Notes: generated from the letters alone by a model not told the origin. A stretch of DNA of 64,000 bases from Candidatus Altimarinota bacterium (GCA_046314355.1 JBKBWQ010000001.1:1152001-1216000); one strand, 5' to 3'. Positions 1 to 9,869 are shown, numbered from the stretch's first letter. Numbers and translations are program-made.

Positions 1-1677
1 CTGCCAGTAATTGAAAAAATTGATCCTACAAAGAGAAAGCTTCAGGCATTGATCATGTGTCCTACTCGAGAGCTTGCACTTCAGGTAGCTGAAGAATTTA
101 GTAAACTACTCAAGTATAAGAAGCATGTACATGTAGTTCCTGTATACGGAGGTCAGCCTATTGACCGGCAGATACGTGCTCTCCGAGAAGGTGCACATAT
201 CATTATCGGTACTCCTGGGCGTATCATGGATCATATGAATCGAAAGACTATCTCTCTCGAGACTATTGAGATGGTAGTGCTAGATGAGGTAGATAAGATG
301 CTGGACATGGGTTTCAGAGATGATATCGAGGATATCTTGAGTACTTCTCCAAAGGAGAGACAGACAATTTTCTTCTCTGCTACTGTTCCTGCCGAGATCA
401 AGAAGCTTATTAAAAAGTATCAGAATGAACCAGTAAATGTGACTATTGAGCATAAGACTCTTACTGTCCCAAGTATTGATCAGGTATATTTTGAAGTTCG
501 CAATCAGATGAAGCTTGAGCTTCTTACTAGAATTATAGATCTGAATAATATCCGTCTTGCTGTAGTTTTCTGTAATACGAAAAGAATGGTAGACGAACTT
601 GTGGCTGAACTCCAGGCACGAGGATACTTTGCAGACGGTCTTCATGGAGATCTGAAGCAGATGATGCGTGACCGGGTAATGAAAAAGTTCCGAACAGGAG
701 CTGTGGAAATACTTGTAGCTACAGACGTTGCGGCACGAGGAATCGATGTGGATGATGTAGAGGCTGTATTCAACTATGACTTACCTCAGGACGAAGAGGA
801 TTATGTACACCGAATCGGACGTACAGGACGTGCTGGTAAAAAAGGTAAAGCATTCAGTTTTATCTCAGGACGCGACATGTACAAACTAAGAGATATTCAG
901 CGGTTTGCAAATATTACGATTGCACGTGGAACTGTACCTACACTCGAGGATGTTGCTGGTGTGAAATCTAGCAAGGTACTTGAGAAGATTAAGAAAATTA
1001 TTGAGAAGGGTGAGCTTACAAAGTATGCTGCTATGATTGATACGATGATGACTGAGGATTTTGGAGCTGTGGAAATCGCTGCTGCATTCCTTAAAAATGC
1101 ATTGGAAAAAGACGGAAAAGATCCAGCTAAGAATGACCCATTATTGGCATCTGTTAGCTCTAGACCATCTATGTCTCATATCGGAGAAGCAGGTATGAAA
1201 TCTCTTATGATCAATAAGGGAAGACGTGACGGAATTGGACCAAAAGATGTAGTAGGAGCTATTGCTGGAGAAGCAGGGATTCGCGGTGAAGAGATCGGTA
1301 AAATTCAGATAGAAGACCGAGAGACATATGTGGATATTCCTGAGCCACTTGTAGAACAGGTAATCTCTGCTATGTCTGTAGCCCAGATCAAAGGACAGGA
1401 TATTGCAATCGAGATTGCAGATCTTTCTAGAAAGCCGGCTCCAAGAGAAAGAGAGCGAGGAGGATATGATAGAGGAGGCAGCAGCCGTGGAGGAAGTCGT
1501 GGTGGAGACCGAGGTGGTAGATCATCTTATGGCGGAGGCAGCGGTGGACGGTCTTCTTACGGTGGAAGTAGAGGCGGAGATTCACGTGGCGGAAGTCGTG
1601 GTGGAGACCGAGGCGGTAGATCGTCTTATGGTGGAAGCTCTCGGAGCGGAGGCGGAAGACAGAATGATTTCTTATAA
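1..1677 (+). CDS. deaD: DEAD-box RNA helicase (DeaD/CshA type) with DbpA-type RNA-binding domain and RGG tail; 5' partial
   Basis: Frame is open from base 1. Motifs PTRELA, GTPGR, DEVD, SAT, ARGID and HRIGRTGRAG are present, followed by a DbpA-like domain (GRRDGIGPKDVVGAI) and a Gly/Arg/Ser-rich tail. Confidence 0.93.
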   Translation: MPVIEKIDPTKRKLQALIMCPTRELALQVAEEFSKLLKYKKHVHVVPVYGGQPIDRQIRALREGAHIIIGTPGRIMDHMNRKTISLETIEMVVLDEVDKMLDMGFRDDIEDILSTSPKERQTIFFSATVPAEIKKLIKKYQNEPVNVTIEHKTLTVPSIDQVYFEVRNQMKLELLTRIIDLNNIRLAVVFCNTKRMVDELVAELQARGYFADGLHGDLKQMMRDRVMKKFRTGAVEILVATDVAARGIDVDDVEAVFNYDLPQDEEDYVHRIGRTGRAGKKGKAFSFISGRDMYKLRDIQRFANITIARGTVPTLEDVAGVKSSKVLEKIKKIIEKGELTKYAAMIDTMMTEDFGAVEIAAAFLKNALEKDGKDPAKNDPLLASVSSRPSMSHIGEAGMKSLMINKGRRDGIGPKDVVGAIAGEAGIRGEEIGKIQIEDRETYVDIPEPLVEQVISAMSVAQIKGQDIAIEIADLSRKPAPRERERGGYDRGGSSRGGSRGGDRGGRSSYGGGSGGRSSYGGSRGGDSRGGSRGGDRGGRSSYGGSSRSGGGRQNDFL

Positions 1678-1695
1678 AAGGTAGAAATCTAAATG

Positions 1696-1735
1696 AGAGC
1701 AGGAAGCTATTTCTATAGCAACCTGCTCTTTTTTT
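1696..1735 (+). terminator. Intrinsic terminator after the helicase
   Basis: Hairpin AGAGCAGG..GCTAT-ttct-ATAGC..CCTGCTCT followed by a T-run. Confidence 0.75.
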
Positions 1736-1775
1736 CTTATACTTAAATAGTGCTTAGCATCTTAAAGATTTTTCT

Positions 1776-2189
1776 ATGATTATCCGCTGCCGCTGTATTC
1801 TTGAGAATGAGGAAGGAAAAATCTTTGTAGTGAAGCAGCGTCCTGAATATAATTTCTTTTCACTTCCAGGGGGGAAACTTGATGAGGATGAATCCACTCT
1901 TGAATGTATCAGCAGAGAGCTCTATGAAGAACTAGGTATGAAGATCATACCCACTCTTAGAGTAGTGCATGAACTCATCAGTATCGATTCTTTAGAATTC
2001 ATTTTTTACGCAAAAATTAGTGAAAGCATGCTGCAGATAGAGCATGCAAGTCATGCATTTGAACTGCATGGTACAGAGTTTGTGGATACTTTGACTACTG
2101 GAAAAATTATTTACCCTGAATTTATTTCTGATGAATCGTTTTTAGAATGGCTTCATACGGAAAGTGGTCTACGTTATATTCTTAACTAA
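1776..2189 (+). CDS. NUDIX hydrolase
   Basis: Nudix box LPGGKLDEDESTLECISRELYEELG. Confidence 0.9.
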   Translation: MIIRCRCILENEEGKIFVVKQRPEYNFFSLPGGKLDEDESTLECISRELYEELGMKIIPTLRVVHELISIDSLEFIFYAKISESMLQIEHASHAFELHGTEFVDTLTTGKIIYPEFISDESFLEWLHTESGLRYILN

Positions 2190-2196
2190 ATCTCCC

Positions 2197-2955
2197 ATGG
2201 CTAAAGTTCTTATTACAGGTGCATCAGGAGGTATAGGCTATGAACTTGCAAAAGTCTTTGCTCGTGAAAAATACGATCTTTTACTTGTTGCTCGTGATGA
2301 GGAGCGGTTAAAAGAGATCAAGAAAGAGTTCGAAGATGTATACCACATAGGAGTACAGTATTTATCAAAGGATCTTTCTCAGAAGACAAGTGTGGAAGAA
2401 GTCTCGGAATGGGTAGAAAAGCAGGGGGCAAAAATTGATATACTTATTAATAATGCAGGGGTTGGACAGTATGGTGCCTTTAAGGATATTGATATCCAAA
2501 AAGAGGAAAACATGATTGCTCTGAATATTACTGCACTTACAAAACTTTCAAAATATGTACTGAAGTTTATGAAGACAGGGCATATTTTAAATGTTGCGTC
2601 TACGGCTGCTTTTGAACCTGGTCCTTATATGGCTGTCTACTTTGCTACAAAAGCCTATGTACTCTCCTATTCTGAAGCATTGGCAGAGGAATTAAGAGGT
2701 ACAGGTATACATGTGTCTACGCTCTGCCCAGGTCCTACCAAGACAGGATTTGAAAAGGCTGCTGATGCGGGGAGTGCTGCTATCTTTAAGTCTACGATGT
2801 CTGCTGAGGTGGTAGCAAAGTATGCGTATAGAAAAATGCTTCAGAATAAGAGAATCATTATTCCTGGAGCACAGAATAAAGCGCTGGTGTTTTTTACAAG
2901 ACTGATACCGAGAGCGTTACTTGCTAGAATAATGGGAATAATAATGAAGTCTTAA
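2197..2955 (+). CDS. Short-chain dehydrogenase/reductase (SDR)
   Basis: TGASGGIG, NNAG and YFATK (YxxxK) motifs. ATG at 2197 is preferred over the GTG at 2164. Confidence 0.93.
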   Translation: MAKVLITGASGGIGYELAKVFAREKYDLLLVARDEERLKEIKKEFEDVYHIGVQYLSKDLSQKTSVEEVSEWVEKQGAKIDILINNAGVGQYGAFKDIDIQKEENMIALNITALTKLSKYVLKFMKTGHILNVASTAAFEPGPYMAVYFATKAYVLSYSEALAEELRGTGIHVSTLCPGPTKTGFEKAADAGSAAIFKSTMSAEVVAKYAYRKMLQNKRIIIPGAQNKALVFFTRLIPRALLARIMGIIMKS

Positions 2956-2964
2956 TAATAACTA

Positions 2965-2996
2965 GAAAAAGATGAGCTTATAAGCTCATCTTTTTC
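2965..2996. terminator. Bidirectional terminator between convergent genes
   Basis: Perfect palindrome GAAAAAGATGAGCTTATAAGCTCATCTTTTTC. Confidence 0.8.
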
Positions 2997-3037
2997 GTTT
3001 ACCAGATTTGTTTAATGTGATCTCATCCTATACGTGT

Positions 3038-3064
3038 GAGATCCTGAAACGAGTTCAGGATGAC
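3038..3064. repeat. REP-like palindromic unit
   Basis: GAGATCCTGAAACGAGTTCAGGATGAC forms an ATCCTGAA/TTCAGGAT stem with a GTCA-type end. Single copy in the window. Confidence 0.4.
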
Positions 3065-3068
3065 GTGA

Positions 3069-4229
3069 TTATAGTGCTTCGCAGATTTGTGTGGGATTTG
3101 AAGTTATTGATGTGCCGTAATGTACTGTCATATAGTATTTCCCACTGGTGGCATCTATAGCAATACCTATACCAATTTCATCATAGACACTGCTCATCAT
3201 GCTATCATAATGCGGACGGTATGATTTGTTCTTTTCTCCGTAAAAGAAATCAAAGGTTGTTTTAATAGAAGCTAGTAATTTATCATTACAGTCTGAATGA
3301 CTGCATCTATATACTCCCCAGCCAATATTTTCTACAAAATCTCTGCCGCTTTCTAGTTTGAAAGTGAGTCCTAGATTTTTAAACCATTTTTTTATGGCAC
3401 TATAATCATAATATGCAGTAGTGCCTGGACGAACATGAGTGATACTTCCCTTAGATCTCGCATACTCTGACCAGATATATGCGGTCCTATCTAACTGGGC
3501 ATTATAAACGTAAGGTTTTAGCCCTGCAGCTTTTCTTTTGTCGTTATACCACTGCAGCCAAGTAGATCTGATCTTTACCATATCAATATTACTCGGCATA
3601 TTCTCTCCTCGTGGAATACAGTCTTGATTTCTCATTTGCTCAACGGTCTTTGATGGAAGAGTTGTCTTTTGGTTGATAATTCTCCAGATCAACTCTGCCA
3701 CCTCTCCTCTGCGCATTTTTTGGCTGAGTGAGAAGAGTGAATCAGGGATATATTTTGCTGCAGCAAGCGTCTTTGTATAAGGTATATACCAGGCGGCAGC
3801 TGGATCTGCTTTGATTCCGAGTTCATATGCACTCACTACGATCTTAAATGCCTCTGATGCTGCAATCGGCTGCTCCGGCTTGAAAGTACCATCCTGATAT
3901 CCCGAGACAATACCGCGGGATTTTGCATAACAGACATAGGATTCATACCAGGATTTCTTCGGCACATCCTTAAAACATCCTTCAGTAAAACTTGTAGGAG
4001 TCCCATACTTGCTTGAGACGATGATTTTGATGAATTCTGCTCGGTTGACGTTCTGCATTGGTTTAAATGTCCCATCTGCATATCCGTTTATTATTTTTTG
4101 GGAAGAAAGACTGGCTATAGCTTCTCCGTAGGTGTGGAAGACCGGTACATCAGTAAAGGCTTGTGCTTGAGGAGTAAGGTAGAGAGTAAGAAGTAGTAGG
4201 GGTAATACTGCTCTTGTAAAGATACGCAT
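3069..4229 (-). CDS. Secreted S-layer homology (SLH) domain protein with C-terminal CAP/SCP domain
   Basis: Signal peptide ending AQA-F, SLH repeats (GYADGTFKP..NRAEF; GYQDGTFKP), and CAP motifs (ENIGWG, HYDSMMS..YDEIGIG). Confidence 0.85.
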   Translation of the reverse strand: MRIFTRAVLPLLLLTLYLTPQAQAFTDVPVFHTYGEAIASLSSQKIINGYADGTFKPMQNVNRAEFIKIIVSSKYGTPTSFTEGCFKDVPKKSWYESYVCYAKSRGIVSGYQDGTFKPEQPIAASEAFKIVVSAYELGIKADPAAAWYIPYTKTLAAAKYIPDSLFSLSQKMRRGEVAELIWRIINQKTTLPSKTVEQMRNQDCIPRGENMPSNIDMVKIRSTWLQWYNDKRKAAGLKPYVYNAQLDRTAYIWSEYARSKGSITHVRPGTTAYYDYSAIKKWFKNLGLTFKLESGRDFVENIGWGVYRCSHSDCNDKLLASIKTTFDFFYGEKNKSYRPHYDSMMSSVYDEIGIGIAIDATSGKYYMTVHYGTSITSNPTQICEAL

Positions 4230-4399
4230 GAAAATGTGTAATGGATAAACCTAACTTTTACAAAATCTGTTTTTCTTCTATTGTATTTTTTTGAGTATAC
4301 GGATTATTGAAAAAATTGCAAAAAATCATCTCTGCAACAAATTCTCTCCACAAATTTCATATCATGAGTAAGATAAAAGGGTATTTTTTATCCTGACCT

Positions 4400-4801
4400 A
4401 TGGAGTACCGAAATAATCCAAGTAGACATTGGAAGCATATTGCTTCTATTCCATTCATTTATGCTCCTTTTTTCATTATGGTCCCTATGGATCTCATTAT
4501 GGAGCTCTATCATAGAGTGGCATTTCCTCTCTACGGTCTTCCATTAATAGACAGAAGCAAATATATCAAAATAGATAGACAGAAGCTCTCCTACCTTACT
4601 GGACTTGAAAAGCTCAACTGTATGTACTGCGGCTATGCTAATGGTCTTTTCCCCTATGGAGCGGCAATTTGTGCAGCTACTGAGGCATACTGGTGTGGTA
4701 TTCAACATGAAAAAGATCCAACTTTTATGCAGCCTAAGCATCATGAGAACTTCGTACCTTTTGGAGATGAAAAAACCTTCCATGAAAAATTTGGAGAGTA
4801 G
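4400..4801 (+). CDS. Hypothetical membrane-associated protein with CxxC...WC motif
   Basis: One hydrophobic segment, NCMYCGYANG and YWCGIQH; 45 nt upstream of uppP. Confidence 0.75.
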   Translation: MEYRNNPSRHWKHIASIPFIYAPFFIMVPMDLIMELYHRVAFPLYGLPLIDRSKYIKIDRQKLSYLTGLEKLNCMYCGYANGLFPYGAAICAATEAYWCGIQHEKDPTFMQPKHHENFVPFGDEKTFHEKFGE

Positions 4802-4846
4802 TTGTGTCGAGTCAAAGCATTTTTACTTACATAATAGACGGTTCAC

Positions 4847-5689
4847 ATGGATCTTTATCATCTTTTTCAGTCCCTTGTACTTGGAATTCTTCAAGGGCTA
4901 GCTGAATTTTTGCCTATCAGCTCTTCTGGTCATCTCAAAATTGTGCCTTGGTTTTTTGGCTGGGAGACGCCGGGACTTGTATTTGACACATCCCTTCACT
5001 TAGGTACTTCACTAGCACTGTTGCTATTCTTTTATAAGGATTTCTGGGAAGTTATTAAAGGATTTGTACGGCCGTCAGACTTTAAAGAAAAGAAAGAAGC
5101 AAGGGATGCGAGAATGCTTGGCTTCTATATTATTATAGGAATGCTACCTGCAGGTATACTAGGTCTTCTTTTTGATAAACAGATTGAATTTCTCCTTCCT
5201 GAGCCGCTCACAGAATATAGTGCACTCGTCATAGCAGGACTACTTGCAGTCTTTGGTCTTATCTTGTATGGAGTAGATAGGATGAACACTCGCAATTATG
5301 ATATGAAAGCTATGAATTGGCAGAGAGCGCTTTTAGTAGGTATATTTCAGATTTTTGCACTTCTGCCAGGTGTCTCAAGATCTGGTATTACAATGACCGC
5401 AGGAATGCTTTCAGGGCTAAAGAGGGATACTGCCGCACGATTTTCCTTTCTTGTAGGAGCACCTCTTACCTTTGCAGCGGGGATATTTAAATTAAAAGAT
5501 CTTGTCGATATTCAGTTTACTACAGAACTTATACTCTACTTTGGTATTGGATTTGTAGCTTCAGCGGTCTCTGGATATTTATGTATTAAATATTTCTTGA
5601 AATTCTTAAATTCTCATAATGTAGGAGTATTTACAATATACCGTCTTTTGTTTGCTGCGGTGATTGTGGCTGTTGTGGTGTTGAGGTAA
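4847..5689 (+). CDS. uppP: Undecaprenyl-diphosphate phosphatase (BacA/UppP)
   Basis: QGLAEFLPISSSGH and PGVSRSG signatures; multiple transmembrane segments. Confidence 0.96.
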   Translation: MDLYHLFQSLVLGILQGLAEFLPISSSGHLKIVPWFFGWETPGLVFDTSLHLGTSLALLLFFYKDFWEVIKGFVRPSDFKEKKEARDARMLGFYIIIGMLPAGILGLLFDKQIEFLLPEPLTEYSALVIAGLLAVFGLILYGVDRMNTRNYDMKAMNWQRALLVGIFQIFALLPGVSRSGITMTAGMLSGLKRDTAARFSFLVGAPLTFAAGIFKLKDLVDIQFTTELILYFGIGFVASAVSGYLCIKYFLKFLNSHNVGVFTIYRLLFAAVIVAVVVLR

Positions 5690-5801
5690 AAGGGTGAGGA
5701 TTAGGATTAGGGATAAGAATTAGGGAGGGGAACCCCACGTCCTATTGCATTAACGCCTCTTCATGAGTAGTATTGAGGCGTTATTTCGATATTTTTGCAC
5801 T

Positions 5802-7352
5802 ATGTCAGACCATTCAGAACAGGAAATTCTTCAGATTGATCCGTTAAAAGAGCGGACAGAACGTCTCCGAAAACTTTCAGAAATAAAAGAAATGGGTATT
5901 CAGCCTTATCCTGAGCGTTTTGAAAAAACTCATTCCATCGCACAGATTTTAAAAATATCTGAAGATGAAAATAATATAAAGACTGTTGAAGAGATTAGTG
6001 CAAATAATGCTAAAACTTATAGAACTGCTGGGCGAATAGTAATGTCCCGAACTCATGGAAAATTGTCTTTTCTGCATCTTTTGGATGATAGTGGAAAAAT
6101 GCAGCTTGCACTTATGCAGGATTTGATTGGGAAAGATACATATAAATTTTTTGAAAAAAAAGTAGATCTTGGAGACTTTATAGGTATTGCTGGAGAGCTT
6201 TTCCGTACAAAACACGGAGAGGTGACTGTTCTTGTAACTGAATTTACATTTCTTGGAAAAGCGCTTCGACCTCTTCCTGATAAATTCCACGGTCTTAAGG
6301 ATAGAGAGACACTTTACCGGCAGAGATATCTTGATCTTATTTCCAATCAGGAAACTAAGAAAAGATTTCAGTTTAGATCAAATTTTATTAAAGCTTTAAG
6401 AGAGTTCTACTGGTCAAAGGGATTTGATGAAGTTGAGACTCCTATCCTTACTACAAATGCTTCTGGAGCTTTAGCTACACCATTTAAGACGTACCATAAT
6501 GCTTTGGATACGGAGATGTATCTTCGTATAGCTCCAGAGACTTTCCTTAAAGAATGTGTTGTGGGAGGATATGAAAAAGTATTTGAAATAGGCAGAATAT
6601 TTAGAAATGAGGGAATCGATCCTAGTCATCTTCAGGATTTTACCATGGTCGAGCATTATGCTGCATACTGGAATTATGAAGATAATATGAAGTTTACGGA
6701 GGAGATGTTTACGCATCTTTTGATGAAGCTCAATGGTTCAATGAAAGTAAACCTTCTTGATAAAGAGGGAGTACAGCATGAGATTGACTTTACTCCTCCT
6801 TGGCCGAGAGTTACGTTTCGTGATCTCTTGATCAAAGATGCAGATATTGATCTCGCTGATCATAAAACAGTAGAGAGTCTGAGAGAAGCAATCCGTGAGA
6901 AAAATATTCATATCGAAGGCATGGATAAGCTTGGTTTGGGAAATCTTATTGATCACCTCTATAAAAAGGTCTCACGACCAAAGATAATCAGTCCAACGTT
7001 CCTTATTGGTCATCCTCTTGATCTTTCTCCTCTTGCACGAAAAAATGATGACAACCCTGCTATTGTAGATAGATTTCAGCTCGTAGTGGCTACCTGGGAG
7101 GTACTCAATGCATATTCCGAGCTCGTGGATCCTTTGGATCAAAAGGAGAGGTTTGAGTCCCAGTCATCAGCTAAAGATGCAGGGGATACTGAAGCTCATA
7201 GTAAAGATGATGAATATGTGGAAGCTATGGAGTATGGTATGCCTCCTATTTCTGGTTTTGGAATGGGTATTGACCGAATGGTAACTTTGCTTACTCAGCA
7301 GGAAAACCTGAGAGACACAGTGCTTTTCCCCCTTATGAGACCTAAAAAGTAA
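5802..7352 (+). CDS. lysS: Lysine--tRNA ligase (class II)
   Basis: OB fold, YRQRYLDLI, YLRIAPE, FRNEG and GMGIDR motifs. The start may be 5763 or 5802. Confidence 0.97.
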   Translation: MSDHSEQEILQIDPLKERTERLRKLSEIKEMGIQPYPERFEKTHSIAQILKISEDENNIKTVEEISANNAKTYRTAGRIVMSRTHGKLSFLHLLDDSGKMQLALMQDLIGKDTYKFFEKKVDLGDFIGIAGELFRTKHGEVTVLVTEFTFLGKALRPLPDKFHGLKDRETLYRQRYLDLISNQETKKRFQFRSNFIKALREFYWSKGFDEVETPILTTNASGALATPFKTYHNALDTEMYLRIAPETFLKECVVGGYEKVFEIGRIFRNEGIDPSHLQDFTMVEHYAAYWNYEDNMKFTEEMFTHLLMKLNGSMKVNLLDKEGVQHEIDFTPPWPRVTFRDLLIKDADIDLADHKTVESLREAIREKNIHIEGMDKLGLGNLIDHLYKKVSRPKIISPTFLIGHPLDLSPLARKNDDNPAIVDRFQLVVATWEVLNAYSELVDPLDQKERFESQSSAKDAGDTEAHSKDDEYVEAMEYGMPPISGFGMGIDRMVTLLTQQENLRDTVLFPLMRPKK

Positions 7353-7370
7353 GAATATATTTCCTATCAT

Positions 7371-7399
7371 TTGATATATTCGGAGCAAAAGTGTACTAT
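7371..7399 (+). promoter_or_regulatory. Sigma70-like promoter for the second NUDIX gene
   Basis: TTGATA-N17-TACTAT. Confidence 0.5.
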
Positions 7400-7425
7400 T
7401 GAGTATGTACTGATTTATTCATATT

Positions 7426-7863
7426 ATGACTATCCGTTCGCGCGTCATCGTTTTAAATTCAAAAGGTGAAGTATTTGTCGTAAAGCATCGTCCTGAAAAT
7501 AAGTTCTGGGCATTGCCGGGCGGCAGACTGGATAATGGAGAAACTACACGAGAATGTATAATCCGTGAAATCCAGGAAGAATTGGGTGTCACGCTTAAAA
7601 ACCCTGAACTTAAATTTATAGTAGAAAATATTCCTGTGGAGTCGATGGAGTTTTTTTTCTTTGAGGAAACAGATACCCCTGAAGCTTTTGTGGAAGGTCG
7701 AGGTGATGATCATTATGAACTCGCAGGTCAGGAATTTGTGGATATTGAAAATGACGATATTATAGTTATGCCACCTTTCTTAAAAGGAAAAATGAAGAAT
7801 ATAAAAACTATGGAAGGTGTTGAGTATATTATTGAGACCGGTCCCAAAGTGATTTACAAGTAA
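7426..7863 (+). CDS. NUDIX hydrolase (paralog of 1776..2189)
   Basis: Nudix box LPGGRLDNGETTRECIIREIQEELG. Confidence 0.9.
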   Translation: MTIRSRVIVLNSKGEVFVVKHRPENKFWALPGGRLDNGETTRECIIREIQEELGVTLKNPELKFIVENIPVESMEFFFFEETDTPEAFVEGRGDDHYELAGQEFVDIENDDIIVMPPFLKGKMKNIKTMEGVEYIIETGPKVIYK

Positions 7864-7965
7864 AAGCTTTCAAAGATTTGAAAACTTTACAAAATATTTT
7901 AAAAGGATTATGTTGATCTGTACAATAGAGTACAGATCATCTTTTTATCTATAAATATTACACTT

Positions 7966-8274
7966 ATGGCAAATATTAATAGGCGAAGAGAGGACAATAT
8001 CATACAGTTCCGTCCTAGAGCACTCAAACCTGAACCTCTGCATATTGAAGTGGGAAATAGTATTGATACAAAGACTATTATGCATTTAGAGTCATGCATA
8101 CGTGAAGAAATTCAGATCATAGTTCAAGATACGCCTACTGTGTTATTTCACCATCAAAAACTTCCTGATAGTAAGGAGATTATTCGATTCATAGGGACTG
8201 ATACAAAAGGTATGGAAGTTGCTTTTGATGTAAATAGATTTAACGGCAGAATTTTGGATGTTATTTATAGATAA
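7966..8274 (+). CDS. Hypothetical protein
   Basis: 102-aa ATG-started ORF filling the gap between co-oriented genes; no recognised motif. Confidence 0.6.
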   Translation: MANINRRREDNIIQFRPRALKPEPLHIEVGNSIDTKTIMHLESCIREEIQIIVQDTPTVLFHHQKLPDSKEIIRFIGTDTKGMEVAFDVNRFNGRILDVIYR

Positions 8275-8341
8275 ACAAATATCTCTTTCTTTTCTTGTGA
8301 TTTTTATATAGTGTAGAGTTACTTTTGGTAACATTTTATGT

Positions 8342-8881
8342 ATGCAGCAGGAAATAGAAGTGAAGATTCTTGAGATTCCAGTAGAGGAAACTGTAAAAAA
8401 GTTGGAATCACTTGGTGCGGTAAAGGTATTTGATGGACCTATTGAATCCATTCTTTTTGATTATGCGGATAGTTGGCTTTGGAAAAAGAAACGGGCTTGC
8501 CGGCTAAGAAAAATGGGAGATAAGGTGCAGTTTGTCTTAAAAGAGAATAAGAGTTATGAGGATGTGAAGCATAATGTAGAATATGAGGTTGAAGTAAGCG
8601 ACTTTGATACGATGAAGGAGATCATTTTAAGAATGGGGCTTGCTCAAAAGTATGAATCAAAAAAACGCCGCGTTTCATACCAGCTAGAAGATGCTCACTA
8701 CGAATTTGATACGATAGATGGTATTCCAACTTATTTGGAACTAGAGGTACATATCCATGCTGACCTTGAAAAGTATCTAGGGCTTATCGGGTATACGATG
8801 AAAGATACAGTGGACTTTGGTGAGAGGCGGGTACGAGAGCACTATCATCTCGTACCATCACGTAGAGGGCGAAGAAGATAG
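8342..8881 (+). CDS. CYTH-domain protein (class IV adenylate cyclase/triphosphatase family)
   Basis: N-terminal EIEVK (ExExK), RLR, and YLELE motifs. Confidence 0.88.
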   Translation: MQQEIEVKILEIPVEETVKKLESLGAVKVFDGPIESILFDYADSWLWKKKRACRLRKMGDKVQFVLKENKSYEDVKHNVEYEVEVSDFDTMKEIILRMGLAQKYESKKRRVSYQLEDAHYEFDTIDGIPTYLELEVHIHADLEKYLGLIGYTMKDTVDFGERRVREHYHLVPSRRGRRR

Positions 8882-8882
8882 A

Positions 8883-9743
8883 TTATCTATTTCGCCAGTT
8901 CTTGTCTACTTTTACCTGAAGCTGCAGATATACCTTTCGCTTGAACATCTCTTCAAGTTCTTTTCGCGCGTCCATTCCTATTTTTTTGAGCTGTTGTCCT
9001 CCCTTTCCGATGATAACTCCTTTTTGTGAGTCTCGTTCTACATGTATTTCTGCCATGATAGAGATAAGACGTTTTTCATTATCTTCATCAATGTCTGCTA
9101 CATCTACACTAATCGCATGAGGAATCTCCTCATAAGTACGGAGCATCGCCTTTTCGCGGATGATTTCACCAACCTGAAAGTCTAGCGCCGCGTCCGTATG
9201 TATACCTTCAGGATAGTAGAATTCCTGTTCAGGCATGAGTTCCATAAGATCAGTAAGCAATTCCTCAATATGATTTCCTTTGAGACCTGAAATATAGTGC
9301 TCTGAATGGTGAGGAAGCTCTGCAACTGCCTCTTTATACCGGAGACTATTCTCTACAGTATGATTTGAGATAATGTCTGCTTTATTGAAAGCAACTACTA
9401 CTGGTTTCTCAGTTTTCTTGAGCATATCAATAACACCTTCCTCTTCTGCACCGAAGGGACGTGAGATATCCATGATGTATAAAATTGCGTCTGCTTCTTC
9501 CACTGCCTGTACAGCCTGAGAAGTAAGCATCTTATTGTAAGTCCGGATACTGTCGTGAACACCAGGTGTATCAAGAAATATCAACTGTCTGTCATCTTTT
9601 GTATAGATACCCTTAATGGTATTTCTAGTGGTCTGAGGTATGTGAGAAACAATAGCTATCTTTCTTCCACACACTGTATTCATGAGTGTTGACTTTCCGC
9701 TATTTGGACGTCCAATGATTGCAACAAAACCTGCTTTTTTCAT
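8883..9743 (-). CDS. era: GTPase Era
   Basis: GRPNSGKS, PQTTR, DTPG, NKAD and KH-domain VIIGKGG motifs. Confidence 0.96.
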   Translation of the reverse strand: MKKAGFVAIIGRPNSGKSTLMNTVCGRKIAIVSHIPQTTRNTIKGIYTKDDRQLIFLDTPGVHDSIRTYNKMLTSQAVQAVEEADAILYIMDISRPFGAEEEGVIDMLKKTEKPVVVAFNKADIISNHTVENSLRYKEAVAELPHHSEHYISGLKGNHIEELLTDLMELMPEQEFYYPEGIHTDAALDFQVGEIIREKAMLRTYEEIPHAISVDVADIDEDNEKRLISIMAEIHVERDSQKGVIIGKGGQQLKKIGMDARKELEEMFKRKVYLQLQVKVDKNWRNR

Positions 9744-9869
9744 AAATGTTCAAAATAATATGTACAGCTATACTATATCAGCTCTTACGGGAAGCAAAGA
9801 GAAAGTAATTTCTTTTTATCTGTGAATGGTGTACACTTACCTATACTTATGTGTCATAACTTTTAAGAT

